36,385 bases of DNA from Octopus sinensis. Lineage: Eukaryota. Positions 10,822-22,187 of this stretch are shown here, piece by piece; position 1 is the stretch's first letter, and each line of letters begins with the position of its first letter. The notes below the pieces were generated by a model. The model was not told the origin of the DNA. It ran no database searches and saw only the letters and a program-made list of their open reading frames with translations. The stretch spans positions 1-36,385 of the forward strand of contig NW_021836854.1 of NCBI RefSeq assembly GCF_006345805.1. The letters run 5' to 3'. The position numbers were made by a program, and so were the translations under genes.

Positions 10822-11048
10822 GTAACACAGTGTAGGTAAAAATGCACCGGAGTCTTTAGTCATCTGTCAAGTCACAACAAGGACATCAGACAGGTAATAC
10901 TTTCCTTAAGATGTGCCCAATAAGGCTGCTTTTTGCAAGACATCAATATTACAAGGGATTTCCAGTTGCCTTAAGAAGTTTTGAAGTTTCAATGGGATTG
11001 AGCCCAACTGGTATCACCACTGGTATCACTTTTACATTACCCTCTTTC
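10822..11048 (-). mobile_element. Second R4/Dong-like family 3' fragment
   Basis: Minus translation KVIPVVI.. / FLRQLEIPCNIDVLQKAALLGT..LRKVL. Both ends lie in (TAA)n. Confidence 0.7.
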
Positions 11049-11072
11049 ATTATTATTATTATTATTATTATT

Positions 11073-11515
11073 GAGTGAGCGAGCAGAGCATGCCATCAAA
11101 GTGACACTGGGGTAAAATATACGAAGCCCAATATACCCATCATGACTACCCGTCTGATAAGGATACACCAGGCACATGCATCACAACCATATGTGCGCGA
11201 CATGGTGATTTCATATCAAGATAAACAGCACATGACCTTGCAGGTGGGGCCCAGTTAGAATTTTCTTCAGATCGAGTAACCCATCCCACTCAAAAGGTCC
11301 CTGAATAAGGGTTGTTTAAGGACGTTGAACGAAACACCCATGTTTCCAGAGGTGAATTATTCAACCCCAAAGAATCCTTCTCAACACATGGCTATGATGC
11401 TCCCCCACTACTTCTGACTCGTGATCAGAGATGCACATATCGTCAGCCACTAAGGGACATGCTCAACTGGTTAAGGTCAAACAACTGACAAGCAAATCTG
11501 TGGTATTGAGCAGAA

Positions 11516-11517
<2 letters not shown>
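11073..11517. mobile_element. Unclassified non-coding segment of about 445 bp bounded by (TTA)n on both sides, probably an interspersed repeat
   Basis: Sharp boundaries within TTA tracts and no ORF. Repeat status is inferred from context and from recollection of similar octopus repeats. Confidence 0.5.
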
Positions 11518-11548
<31 letters not shown>

Positions 11549-11762
11549 CCGTTAAATTCAAATTACGATGAACGTAAACAAACAAACAAAGTTTGCTTTA
11601 GAAGCATTGGGATGTCTTAGAAAGTTAAAGAAGTGATTTTAAATTCTCAAACGCAGGATAAGGCTAATAATATGAGCCTGAACAGGATAAGCTACCCCTA
11701 TTTTGCAGAAAAAAGTGTTGGCACCCAGTTACAAGACTATTATTATTATTATTATCGTCATC

Positions 11763-11960
11763 AAGGCTGCAAACTTGCAGAATTGTTACCATGCCTAGCA
11801 AAATGCATAGTGGCATTGTGAGTTCAAATTCTGCTTTCATCCTTTCAGGGTCGACAAAAAAAGTACCAGTTGAATACTGGGGTGGGGGTGGGGGTGATGT
11901 AATTAACTAACCTAACTCCCTCGATATTGCTGGCCTTGTGTCAACATTTGAAATCAGTAT
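11763..11960 (+). mobile_element. SINE family B, decayed
   Basis: GAGTTCAAATTC...CTTTCATCCTTTCAGGGTCGAC...AAGTACCAG. Confidence 0.65.
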
Positions 11961-12002
11961 AAAGGGTAAGATGCTTTTATGTTGTGTCTACCAGATGAAA
12001 GA

Positions 12003-12235
12003 GGTGGCCATGCTGGGGCACCACCTCAAAGGGTTTGGTCAAATAAATCAACCCCAGTACTCATTTATTTATTGATGCCTGATATATAGTCTATCAGTTG
12101 CTTTTCACTAAACTGCTAAGTTACAGGGACGTAAACACATCAACACCGGTTGTCAAGCAGTGGAGGGGGACAAACACAAAGATACAGATACATACATACA
12201 TACATACACATCCACACATGCATGCATACATACAT

Positions 12236-12266
<31 letters not shown>

Positions 12267-12438
12267 TATGCATTCACATATATAAATAGACACAGGGCAG
12301 TCTCTATCTACCAAATCCACTCACAAGGCTTTGGTTGGCCGAGGCTGTAATAGAAGACACTTGCCAAATGAGCCACACAGTGGGACTGAACCCAGAACCA
12401 TTTGGTTCTGAAGCAAACTTCCTACAACACAGCCATGC
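12003..12438 (-). mobile_element. SINE family A, decayed
   Basis: Reverse complement of the head (CAGTGGGACTGAACC) and body. Confidence 0.7.
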
Positions 12439-12510
12439 ATACATACATACATACATGCACACATATATGCCTATCCTTGTGTGTGTATGAAGGTATGTGT
12501 GTATGAATGC

Positions 12511-12742
12511 GGCGAGCTGGCAGAACCGTTAGCACGCCGGGTGAAATGCTTAGCGATATTTCATCTGCCGTTATGTTGTGAGTTCAAATTCCGCCGAGGT
12601 CGACTTTGCTTTTCATCCTTTCGGGGTCGATAAATTAAGTACCAGTTACGCACGGGTGTTGATGTAATCGACTTAATACCTATGTCTGTCCTTGTTTGTC
12701 CTCTCTGTGTTTAGCCCCTTGTGGGTAGTAAAGAAACAGGTA
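12511..12742 (+). mobile_element. SINE family B, full-length young copy with a 26-bp TSD
   Basis: GGCGAGCTGGCAGAACCGTTAGC...GAGTTCAAATTCC...GTAAAGAAACAGG. TGTGTGTATGAAGGTATGTGTGTATG occurs at 12480-12505 and 12743-12768. Confidence 0.85.
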
Positions 12743-12774
12743 TGTGTGTATGAAGGTATGTGTGTATGTATATG

Positions 12775-12805
<31 letters not shown>

Positions 12806-12914
12806 AAATGTATGCATGTATATAAATGTATATGTATGTATATATATGTATATATGTATATGTATTTATATATACACACACATGTATAGATAGAAAGACA
12901 GACAGACAGACAGG

Positions 12915-12983
<69 letters not shown>

Positions 12984-12999
12984 GAACAAAAGGCACAGA

Positions 13000-13330
13000 G
13001 ACACTCTCTAGCCTCCTGCCCACAGGGGACACTGTCTCCTCCTTCAACCTTTTCTACTTCTACTTTAATGGCCTCTGCTCCTCATAACTAACTGGTCACA
13101 TGCTGCCATACCACCTCCTCAAAGGTACTTCCTGCACACTCATCTCTCCTCCTCTCTTCACGTTGTTCTGTCCATCCCCAACCGCACCAGGCCCTGCCCT
13201 AACCAATTGCGCCCAGGCCTTAATTCACAGAATATGGGTCCTCCAGAACTGAACTCCCTGCTACCCAGTCTTCATATTTTGTCTACAAGATTTAACTTGC
13301 AACAGTCTGTTTAATCTGAAATTTAACGGT
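13000..13330 (+). mobile_element. Decayed CR1/L2-like LINE 3' end
   Basis: Frameshifted translation TL*P.AH / [21 protein letters not shown] ... LNSLLP...FNLQQ resembles the LEPLSHRR..SL.LFY.Y..G.CSSEL...WNSLP C-terminal pattern. Confidence 0.6.
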
Positions 13331-13417
13331 ATCAGTCTTGCTGGTCATGAAGGGAGAGTCTGGTGACGGCATCGGGCACGTGCCTCCCCACCCTTTTCAA
13401 ACATGGGGAGTAAAAAC

Positions 13418-14010
<593 letters not shown>

Positions 14011-14139
14011 ACTGAGAGGAAGTTTTAAAAATGTCAACTGTTGTTACGATATATCTCTCATTCTATGTAGAACAACTGGAATCTTGTAAATATGGAAGGA
14101 TGGTCACAGAGAATGACTGTAAGGTGTGTATGGAAGCGG

Positions 14140-15200
14140 TATGGTGATGGTGGTGGTGGTGGTGGTGGCAGTGGCGACGGTGGTGGCAGTGGTGGTCGTC
14201 GTCGTAGTGGTGGTGGTGGTATGCTGGTGTGAGATTCCATGGTGACATAATGACGGATGGTGAGAAATCTGGGAGTCTTTGTGTGTGACGAGAACTGCCG
14301 GGGAAGAGCACGAGGGAGACGGTGGTTGAGAAGTGGCGGTATGGTTTGGTGGTGGAGGGCTTGGTGATGAGGTGTGGTGGGTGGTATGGTCTGACGAAGA
14401 GGTGTGGTGGTTTGATGGTGAGACATGGTGGTATAATGTATAATGGTATGGTCTGATGACAAGTAGTTTTGGATGGTATGGTATGATGAGGAGGCATGAT
14501 GGATGGTATGCTGTGATGGTTCAGCATAAATGTAAGGTGTGGCAGATGGCAAGGTATGAAGTCCAGTGGATGGTATGGGTATGGTATGCTATGATGGTGA
14601 GATGTAGTGGATAGTGTGATGTGATGGTGAAGTGTGGAGAATGGTATGGCATTACAGTATGTTGTTATTGTACAATGTGGACATGAGGTACAGTGGTTGT
14701 ATGGCGTGTGTGAGTTGTAGTAAATGGTATGGTGTAAGTGTGGAGTGTGGCAGATGGTATAACATGATGGTGAGGTACAGTGAATGGTATGGAGTGATGG
14801 TATGATGTGAGGATGAGCTGTAGTGGATGGAATAGAGTGGATGGTATATGATGGAGAGGTATAATGAATGGTATGGTGAGATGGTACGGTGTGAAGGTGA
14901 GGAGTTGTGGATGGTATAGTTTGATGATAAGGCACAATGAATGGTATGGAGTGATGGTATGATGTGAGGATGAGGGGAAGTGGCTGATTTGATATGATGG
15001 TAAGGTATAATGGTGAGGTATAGTCAATGGTATTCTGTGATGGTGTGAGGGTGAGGCCTTTTATTATGGTTTTATGACAAGGTGCTGGTAACATGAGGTG
15101 GTAAGATCTGATGGTATGGATGTGGCAGAAAGGTGGAACGGTAGCCTGACGGTATGGCTAACACGAGGTATGGCATGATGGTATGATGGTATACCATGGT
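14140..15200. repeat. Degenerate ATGGT/GTG-rich low-complexity tract with internal longer duplications
   Basis: GAATGGTATGGAGTGATGGTATGATGTGAGGATGAG occurs at about 14782 and about 14938. It explains the His/Thr/Pro ORFs. Confidence 0.8.
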
Positions 15201-15924
15201 GATATTTATGCTGATGGCATGGTATTAGGGCAGCTGTGTTATTTGGAGAAGAGAAACAAACAAAACTCACCTCTGTGTCGCCGCCGAATATATCCAAGAA
15301 CGGTCAGTAAAATAGAGAGTTGACAGCAGAAGCGGAGTCGGTAGTGATGGGTTTGTCCTTTCTTTTCCAGCTGCAGGAATGTCTCCAAGAATTACGAGTG
15401 ACTCTGATTATTCCATGTGAAATGTATGTTAAGTTTATTATAGCATGCTGGGTACAAGTGTATATGATTATGTATTATCAGTGAAGAAACGGAGCGAGAG
15501 AATGAGAGAATGAGAGAAAAATAAGAGAGAATGGGAGAGAAAACGAGAGAGAATGAGAGAGAGAATGAAAGAAGAAGAAGAGGGTGAGGGTGGGAGATAC
15601 GGTTGTGAGTATTTACATCAAGTTACGTATACACGATGTGCATGTGTGTGCATGTAGAGATCTGAATGTGTGCGTATATACACTTATATATAAATATACA
15701 TACGGACGTATGTATATCAGTATGGAGATAGTGTTAGATAGAGAGAAAGAGGGAGAGGAAGGGAGAGTAAGAAAGAGAGAGGAAGGGAGAGTAAGAGAGA
15801 GAGAGAAAAGGAGAGAGGGTGAGATGCTATGGATATGTGAACGTGTGAATACAACGAATAGTTGAAAATACTGTCGAGTGCTTACAAGCACGCATGATCG
15901 TACATACACGCGCACGCGCAAATA

Positions 15925-15955
<31 letters not shown>

Positions 15956-16259
15956 GTACAACAGATGATTGGTTTCGATGATATATCGAAGCTATCGATG
16001 TGATTATTGGTTTGTAATTCACATAAAACGTGAAGCAACGACAGCAGCAATAGAGAGACTCTTGCAACGATGTCTCTCCTCTCTCTCTCTCTCTCTCACA
16101 CGACCAGATTCTGTTAAAATTCTGTCAAAGCATAAAGCGTGTGTGTGTGTGGAAGAGGAGAGAAAAGATACGACAGAGGATGGGATGAAGAAGATGCGAA
16201 CGTTCAATACATTAACCACTCACATGTGCGTCGCAATAAACATGCACACACGCAATTAT

Positions 16260-16371
16260 CTGTCTCTCCTGTCCGCCTCCCGATCGCTCTGCCTGTCTCT
16301 CTGTCACTCTGTCTGTCTCTCTGTCTCTATCTTTCCTATTGTCTCTCTATCTATCTCTGTCTTTTTACATT

Positions 16372-16405
<34 letters not shown>

Positions 16406-16499
16406 TGTCTCTCTGTCGCTCTGTCTGTCTCTCTGTCTCTATCTTTCCTATTGTCTCTCAATCTGTCTCTCTCTTTTTACATTTACCTCTGTTTCTCTT

Positions 16500-16531
<32 letters not shown>

Positions 16532-16550
16532 GCTCTAGCTGTCTCTCTTT
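16260..16550. repeat. CT-rich tract with a tandem duplication of about 115 bp
   Basis: CTGTCTCTATCTTTCCTATTGTCTCTC...TTTTTACATTTACCTCT occurs twice. Confidence 0.8.
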
Positions 16551-17036
16551 CTTTTATCCTCTCAAGAGCACAGCCAAACGTTTGGCTTTATGCAAAACAA
16601 ACAACTTCTAAATGACCATTAAAAAAAATCTCATTAAAAAAAATAATAAACGAAACTCACATAGGTATATCTGGAAAATATGGTCTTACTGGTTCCGTTC
16701 AAAAGATTTTATATGATTCCTTTGAGGAAAATATCACCTGACTATCATCGGAAAGGTTCCAATATTAAAATTACCGTCTGATCGAGAATAAACATTAATT
16801 ATGACCGTCGAGAAAAGGTTATTTTATTAATAATAAACATAACAATAACGATGATTATGTTGATGATGATGATGATGATAAACACTAAGCTCTACAAATA
16901 TTACTACTACGATAACTACTACTATTAATATTACTCAGAATATTATTATTATTATTATTATTACTGCTATTGCTGCTGCTTATTGTGAGGAACGGTGTTA
17001 TATTGGTATGGCTGGTTCGTTTCGAAGGAGATTATT

Positions 17037-17069
<33 letters not shown>

Positions 17070-17229
17070 GTTGTTGTTATTATTATTATTATAACAGAGG
17101 GACAGTAACACAAGTGGTAAATCTACACGGGGAACATTCCAGGCTGCGTTTATTCATTGTGACGGGAAAAATAGAAAACGGGGAATGGGAGGAAGGAAAC
17201 GAGTACGATTGAACTGTAACCGGAAACAA

Positions 17230-17309
17230 GGTGAATGGAAGGAAAATGAAAGTGAAAGTGAAAGTAGAAGTGAAAGTAGAACTAGAGTGATAGAGAGGAG
17301 GAGGCGAGA

Positions 17310-17341
<32 letters not shown>

Positions 17342-18290
17342 ATAAATATGCAGAGTGAGAGACAGATAGATAAAGGGGACGAGATCGAGTGAGTGAGTGA
17401 AAGTAAGAGAGAGAGAGAGAGATTAGGAAGGGAGCGAAAGTGAGTGAAAGCGAGAGACAGATAGACATTGAGTGAGGGAAAAAGAAAACAATAGACAAAG
17501 TGAGCGAGAGTGAGTGAGGGAAGAAAATAGAGAGTGAGAGGGGGAAGCGAAAAAGAGAGTGAGCGAGGGAGGAAGAAAGAGGGAGAGAATCAGACAAAGT
17601 GAGTGAGTGAGTGTGAGTAGAGGAGTGACAGACAGAATTACTTGAATGAGGGAGAGAGAGAGAGAAAGAAAGATAGTTAGAAAGACAGACAGAATGAGAG
17701 CGGGAGTGAAGAGAAGGATGGAGACAAAGAAAAACAGACAGCAAAAGGGAGCAAGAGAGAGAGAGAGAGAGAGTAACAAAGATTGATAAAGAGAAAAGGA
17801 TAGAGAGCGAGCGAGAGAGAAAAACAAAAAGAGAGAAAGTAATAGGAGATAGAAAGAGAAAGAGAAACAAAGGGAGAGAGAGAAAAAGAGAGATAAAGGG
17901 AGCGAGAGAGAAAGATAAAGAGAAAGATAAAAAAAGAGAAAGAGAGGGAGACAGAGAGAAAGGGAGAAGAAGAGAGAAATATAAAGGGAGCTAGGAAGAG
18001 AAAGAGAAACAAAGGGAGAGAGAGAAATAGAGATAAAGAGAGAGAGAGAGAAACATAAAGAGAAAGATAAAGGGAGCTAGAAAGAGAAAGAGTAACAGAC
18101 AAAGGGAGACAGAAAAAGAGAGGGAGCGAGAGAGAGAGAGAGACTGAAATAAGGAGAGAAAGGGAGCAGAAGAAAGAAATATAAAGGAGACTAGAAAGAG
18201 AAAGAGAAACAAAGGAAGAGAGAGGGGAAAAGGTGATAAAAGGAGCGAGAGAGAAGTGAGAGAGTGAGTGAGAGAGTGAGTGAGAGTGAG
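17230..18290. repeat. Purine (GA)-rich degenerate tract
   Basis: Read directly. AAGAGAAACAAAGG and ATAAAGGGAG sub-units recur. Confidence 0.85.
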
Positions 18291-18554
18291 ATTTATAAAG
18301 AATGTGTATAAGAAGCAATAATTAGCATGTCGGTCGATGATATGTTGGCTTGTCTGAATAAACGACGGTTTTTCTTGCAATATTATTGATCTGAGAAAAA
18401 AGAGAAACTCTTTCGTCGTCGTTCGCACTTTCTCGCTTTACCTCGGTGGATTTTTGAGTAGTTTGGGTTTTTATTAGTGTTTGTTTTGTTAGTGTTTGTT
18501 TCGATTTTTGTTTTTCTTTCTGCGCTCCCACATCGCATTTAGATAGTTCTCCCT

Positions 18555-18918
18555 ACACACACACACACACACATACGCGCACGAATACATACATACATAC
18601 ATACATACATACATACATACATACATACATACATACACACATACAGGCATATGTACAAATACATATACACACATATATGTACATATATACACACATACAT
18701 ACACACATATATATACAGATACATACATAAATACACGCCTGTATGTATGTATGTATGTATGTATGTATGTATGTATGTATATGTATGTATGTATGTATTT
18801 ATGTTTGTATGTATGTATGTATGTATGTATGTATGTATGTATGATGTACGTATGTACGTATGCATGTGTGTGTGTGTGTGTGTGTGAATGTAGGAGTATA
18901 CATGTGTGAACATGTGCG

Positions 18919-18979
<61 letters not shown>

Positions 18980-18985
18980 GTAGAT
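18555..18985. repeat. (CATA)n/(TATG)n/(GATA)n microsatellites
   Basis: Read directly. Confidence 0.9.
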
Positions 18986-19724
18986 AGTCGTCCTATTAAG
19001 TCATGTGTAATCCTGTATGAACTTCAAATAGATGTACATTAATCATATATGGAGACCCTCTCCCGCCCGTTTGATTCTTGCGTGTGAGATGTGTGTGTGT
19101 GTGTGTGTGTCTGTGTGTGTGTGTTGGAAACAGGACAGTGAGTCATGCGAATAATATTTTTCACTTTGTCGTGAAGAATGCCTCCCTCTGCTGTTAGGGA
19201 GACAACAGGGCTCTGTTGAATTTAGGGATCAGGGAAACTGTAGGATGCAAAAAAAGGGGGGGGAATGAGGGAGAGTGTTGTAATTTATCGAATCCTTTGC
19301 TTTAGGTTCGAACTGACAACATAATGAGGTCACATCAAGTTTCTTACTAGTTGACATTACGTTTTTCTAAATAGGAATTGTGTTAGTTTACATTGTGCAC
19401 GGCTGGTGAGAAGAGGATCGTGGGTTTTCCTTGTACAGTTAGACATTCGCTAACAGACCGTGACTATACAAATCGATAGACTACCGTCAAGGACATCTTA
19501 ACACTGTTATCATAAGCTACCTTTCCGGGACGAAATATCTAATCAGCTATCATGTCAGTTTACTGTTACAGCTGGTTTATGTGAGAGTGAGGGCTATCGG
19601 GTTTCCCTAGTTAACATTTATTAACATCAGACCTTGAATGTTCGAATGATAGGCCATGTCGCCAGGGTCCGTCTTAACACCATTATAAGTTAATCTTCGG
19701 GGGTCTCTTAGGAGCCTATAGTAT

Positions 19725-19905
19725 TAATTTAACTTTTTGCCTGTCCAAAGTATTTTCATAAGTTGGTATTAAATGTCCATGCTTGTTTTCAAACTTTTAG
19801 TTAACCCTCGTCTCGTACGTTCTGAGTGATATAAAGGTTTCTTTTCCCAGGTCCTGAGTTAATCTGGAAGTTCAAAAGAGTTGGGAAAAAAGAGTTGTAT
19901 CATAC
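19725..19905 (-). mobile_element. Old RTE-like ORF2 remnant, copy 1
   Basis: Aligns by eye with 21010-21176. Minus translation ..PLYHSE..MDI*YQLMKILWTGKKLN is weakly like RTE LLYGSE..W..RRMMKISWT.K.TN. Confidence 0.35.
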
Positions 19906-19912
19906 ATGATGC

Positions 19913-19997
<85 letters not shown>

Positions 19998-20070
19998 ATA
20001 TATAATAGAAATATTAAAATAACTAAGTCTCACTAAAAGAGAACAGCGGCAGCGTTCCCGGAAAATAATA

Positions 20071-20446
20071 GTTATCGCCATAACATATGGCATTCTTATA
20101 AACAAAAGAAAAAAGCTGTCCGCTATTAGCTCCATGAGGCCATCGCCTTAAGTTAGCTATTTGATACACAAACTGTATCGAAACTAGGTAAAATAAACCA
20201 TCGAACAGAGATTGTCGGAAGCGACACCTACTGGCTGGCTACGCTGCATTGAAAAGGGGCAATACCCCGAAACGCGTCTGTAGCTGCCGGTCAAGTAGTG
20301 TGGAGCGACTGACCTCCCTTGTTCGAAGGTTATATGGATACAGTTTGTGTATCAATAGCTAACTTAAGGCGATGGCCTCATGGAGCTAATAAGCGGACAG
20401 CTTTTTTCTTATTTTTATAAGAATGCCATATTAGTATGGCGATAAC
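20071..20446. mobile_element. 376-bp foldback element with about 110-bp inverted arms, TA-flanked, with a hammerhead in the spacer
   Basis: 20071-20179 is the reverse complement of 20337-20446 with few mismatches. TA lies at 20069-20070 and 20447-20448. The right end runs into (TA)n. Confidence 0.85.
20228..20298 (+). ncRNA. Type I hammerhead ribozyme motif with variant core UUGAAAA (U3-A8)
   Basis: Stem I GCUGCA(20243-48)/UGUAGC(20279-84), extended by GGCUGGC/GCCGGUC and CUACU/AGUAG; core 20249-55; stem II GGGG-caaua-CCCC; GAAA 20269-72; palindromic stem III ACGCGU; GUC, cut after 20278. Confidence 0.7.
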
Positions 20447-20449
20447 TAA

Positions 20450-20482
<33 letters not shown>

Positions 20483-20544
20483 ATATTATATATATATAAT
20501 ATATATATTATATATATATATATATATAATATATATATATATAT

Positions 20545-20915
20545 GCAGAAGATGAGGAGTTTAAGTCAAGGTAATCCCAACTAATAGGAATGCAGTGTGA
20601 GTGTGCCAATGACAAACCACTAGGGTCCCGGTTCAAAGGGGCTGGAGTTATGGTACCATAAATGTCCAGTTGGGAGCGAACTGGCAATCAACAGCTTACC
20701 TTTGTGTCAGTAGGTATGAGTGAAAGAAGAGGAAAAAACTTAATCAAGGTAGGACTATGGCATTTAAATTTAGTTTAGTTCAATTTAAAGGAGTCAATGC
20801 TAATGCAATGTAGATAGAATTAATAGATGTAGTCTCTTACAGTTGTTTCTGGGGTATCCCAGGTGCTCGAAACCTCATATTGATCCAGGGTTCCATACAC
20901 TGGGTATGTACAAAT
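20545..20915 (-). mobile_element. PLE-type pLTR fragment, paralog of 33938-34310, HHR core missing
   Basis: Near-colinear with the 33.9-34.3 kb copy. Retains GAAACAACUGUA (mutated stem III). The tail ends in (TA)n at 20450-20543. Confidence 0.65.
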
Positions 20916-21009
20916 CATTTGTACACATCACATTTATACATAGAGTGATATACACATTATCACAATGTACTATACACAGATTAATATATACACATCACGT
21001 ATAGATATA

Positions 21010-21176
21010 CATTAATCTTTTGCCTGTCCAAAGCATTTTCATAAGACTGCCCTAAATGTCCATGCTTCTCTTCATACCTCTAGTTAGCCGTTGTTTCATA
21101 CTTTCTGAGTAATATAAGGCTTTGCTTACATAAGTCTCGAATTACTCAGGGGAAAATATTAGAGATGCGTATCATA
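21010..21176 (-). mobile_element. Old RTE-like ORF2 remnant, copy 2
   Basis: Shares TTTTGCCTGTCCAAAG.ATTTTCATAAG...AAATGTCCATGCTT with 19735-19790. Minus translation TYVSKALYYSES...MDI*GSLMKMLWTGKR. Confidence 0.35.
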
Positions 21177-21390
21177 GGATCTTTTCCTTTTGAAGGCCAG
21201 ATTTCAACACAATTTCTAGTTAACTAAACACTTTAAAACTTCGTATACTGGTTGAATGTGTCAAAAGAAAACATTATTTTCACTTGGCTTTCTTGATAAA
21301 TTTGTAATTCGCTTGTTTAACGTAGTTTAATTTTTCGAATTTTAACCAATGAATCGCCTCTATTTGAACTGAAATCATTCGCTGCGTCTA
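21177..21390 (+). mobile_element. Truncated older relative of the 8-bp-TSD MITE
   Basis: Starts GGATCTTTTCCTTTTGAAGGCCAG and contains AAACACTTTAAAACTTCGTATACTGG as in 26853 and 28352. No right TIR found. Confidence 0.65.
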
Positions 21391-22103
21391 AAAACTGAGA
21401 CAACATATTGATGCATGGACACCAGGGAAATATATCCTGTGTATCGCATGTAACAAATAAACTACGGTAAGCAAATATGAGCAGTGGTCCCCTGATCTAG
21501 CCCGTGGGCCTTGAGGATTTTGCCCTATATGTCCATGCTTTAAGGCACAGCATATAGGATTTGTAACAGACATTCGTTTTAAATAGAAATTGTTATGTTT
21601 CCAGTCAGGCAATAAGTAGGATAAGCTTAAATAGTTTTGACACATCTTTGAGAAGTGTGAAAAGTTTTTAGTACCATGAGAGGAAATACGAAGTTATGGC
21701 GTCCAACTACATCAATTATGTAAGTGAGGTGAAATAATTATAATATGGAGTTCTGCCTCTAAAGTTGCAAATGAAAGGAAATCTGCTGCAGTCACTACAC
21801 GGTTTATTTATAGTTTTATCTTCAAATTTCATCGACTTTTGAAAAGCTTCACACACACATTCATATATATCTTTGTATGCGTATATATTTAGATGGATGC
21901 GTATATGTGTGTATCTATATAAATATATATTATATATATATATATAATTTTACAAACCAATTTTAATTAGTTTATATATGTGTGTGTATTAGATATATAT
22001 ATTACTTATTACTTATTATATATTGTTTATTCATTCGCATCAAAAGGGTGATGACAAACTTACTTGGAAATTGGATATGTGGCGTTCAATTAAACAACAA
22101 ATA

Positions 22104-22155
<52 letters not shown>

Positions 22156-22187
22156 TGTGTGTGTATGTACGTGTGTGTGCGCGCGTG

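Noticed and set aside
15371-15423. Plus-strand candidate exon after the strong acceptor TTTCTTTTCCAG
   Set aside because: It is short, gives no recognisable peptide and has no partner exons. It conflicts with the minus-strand donor nearby and cannot be decided without RNA data.
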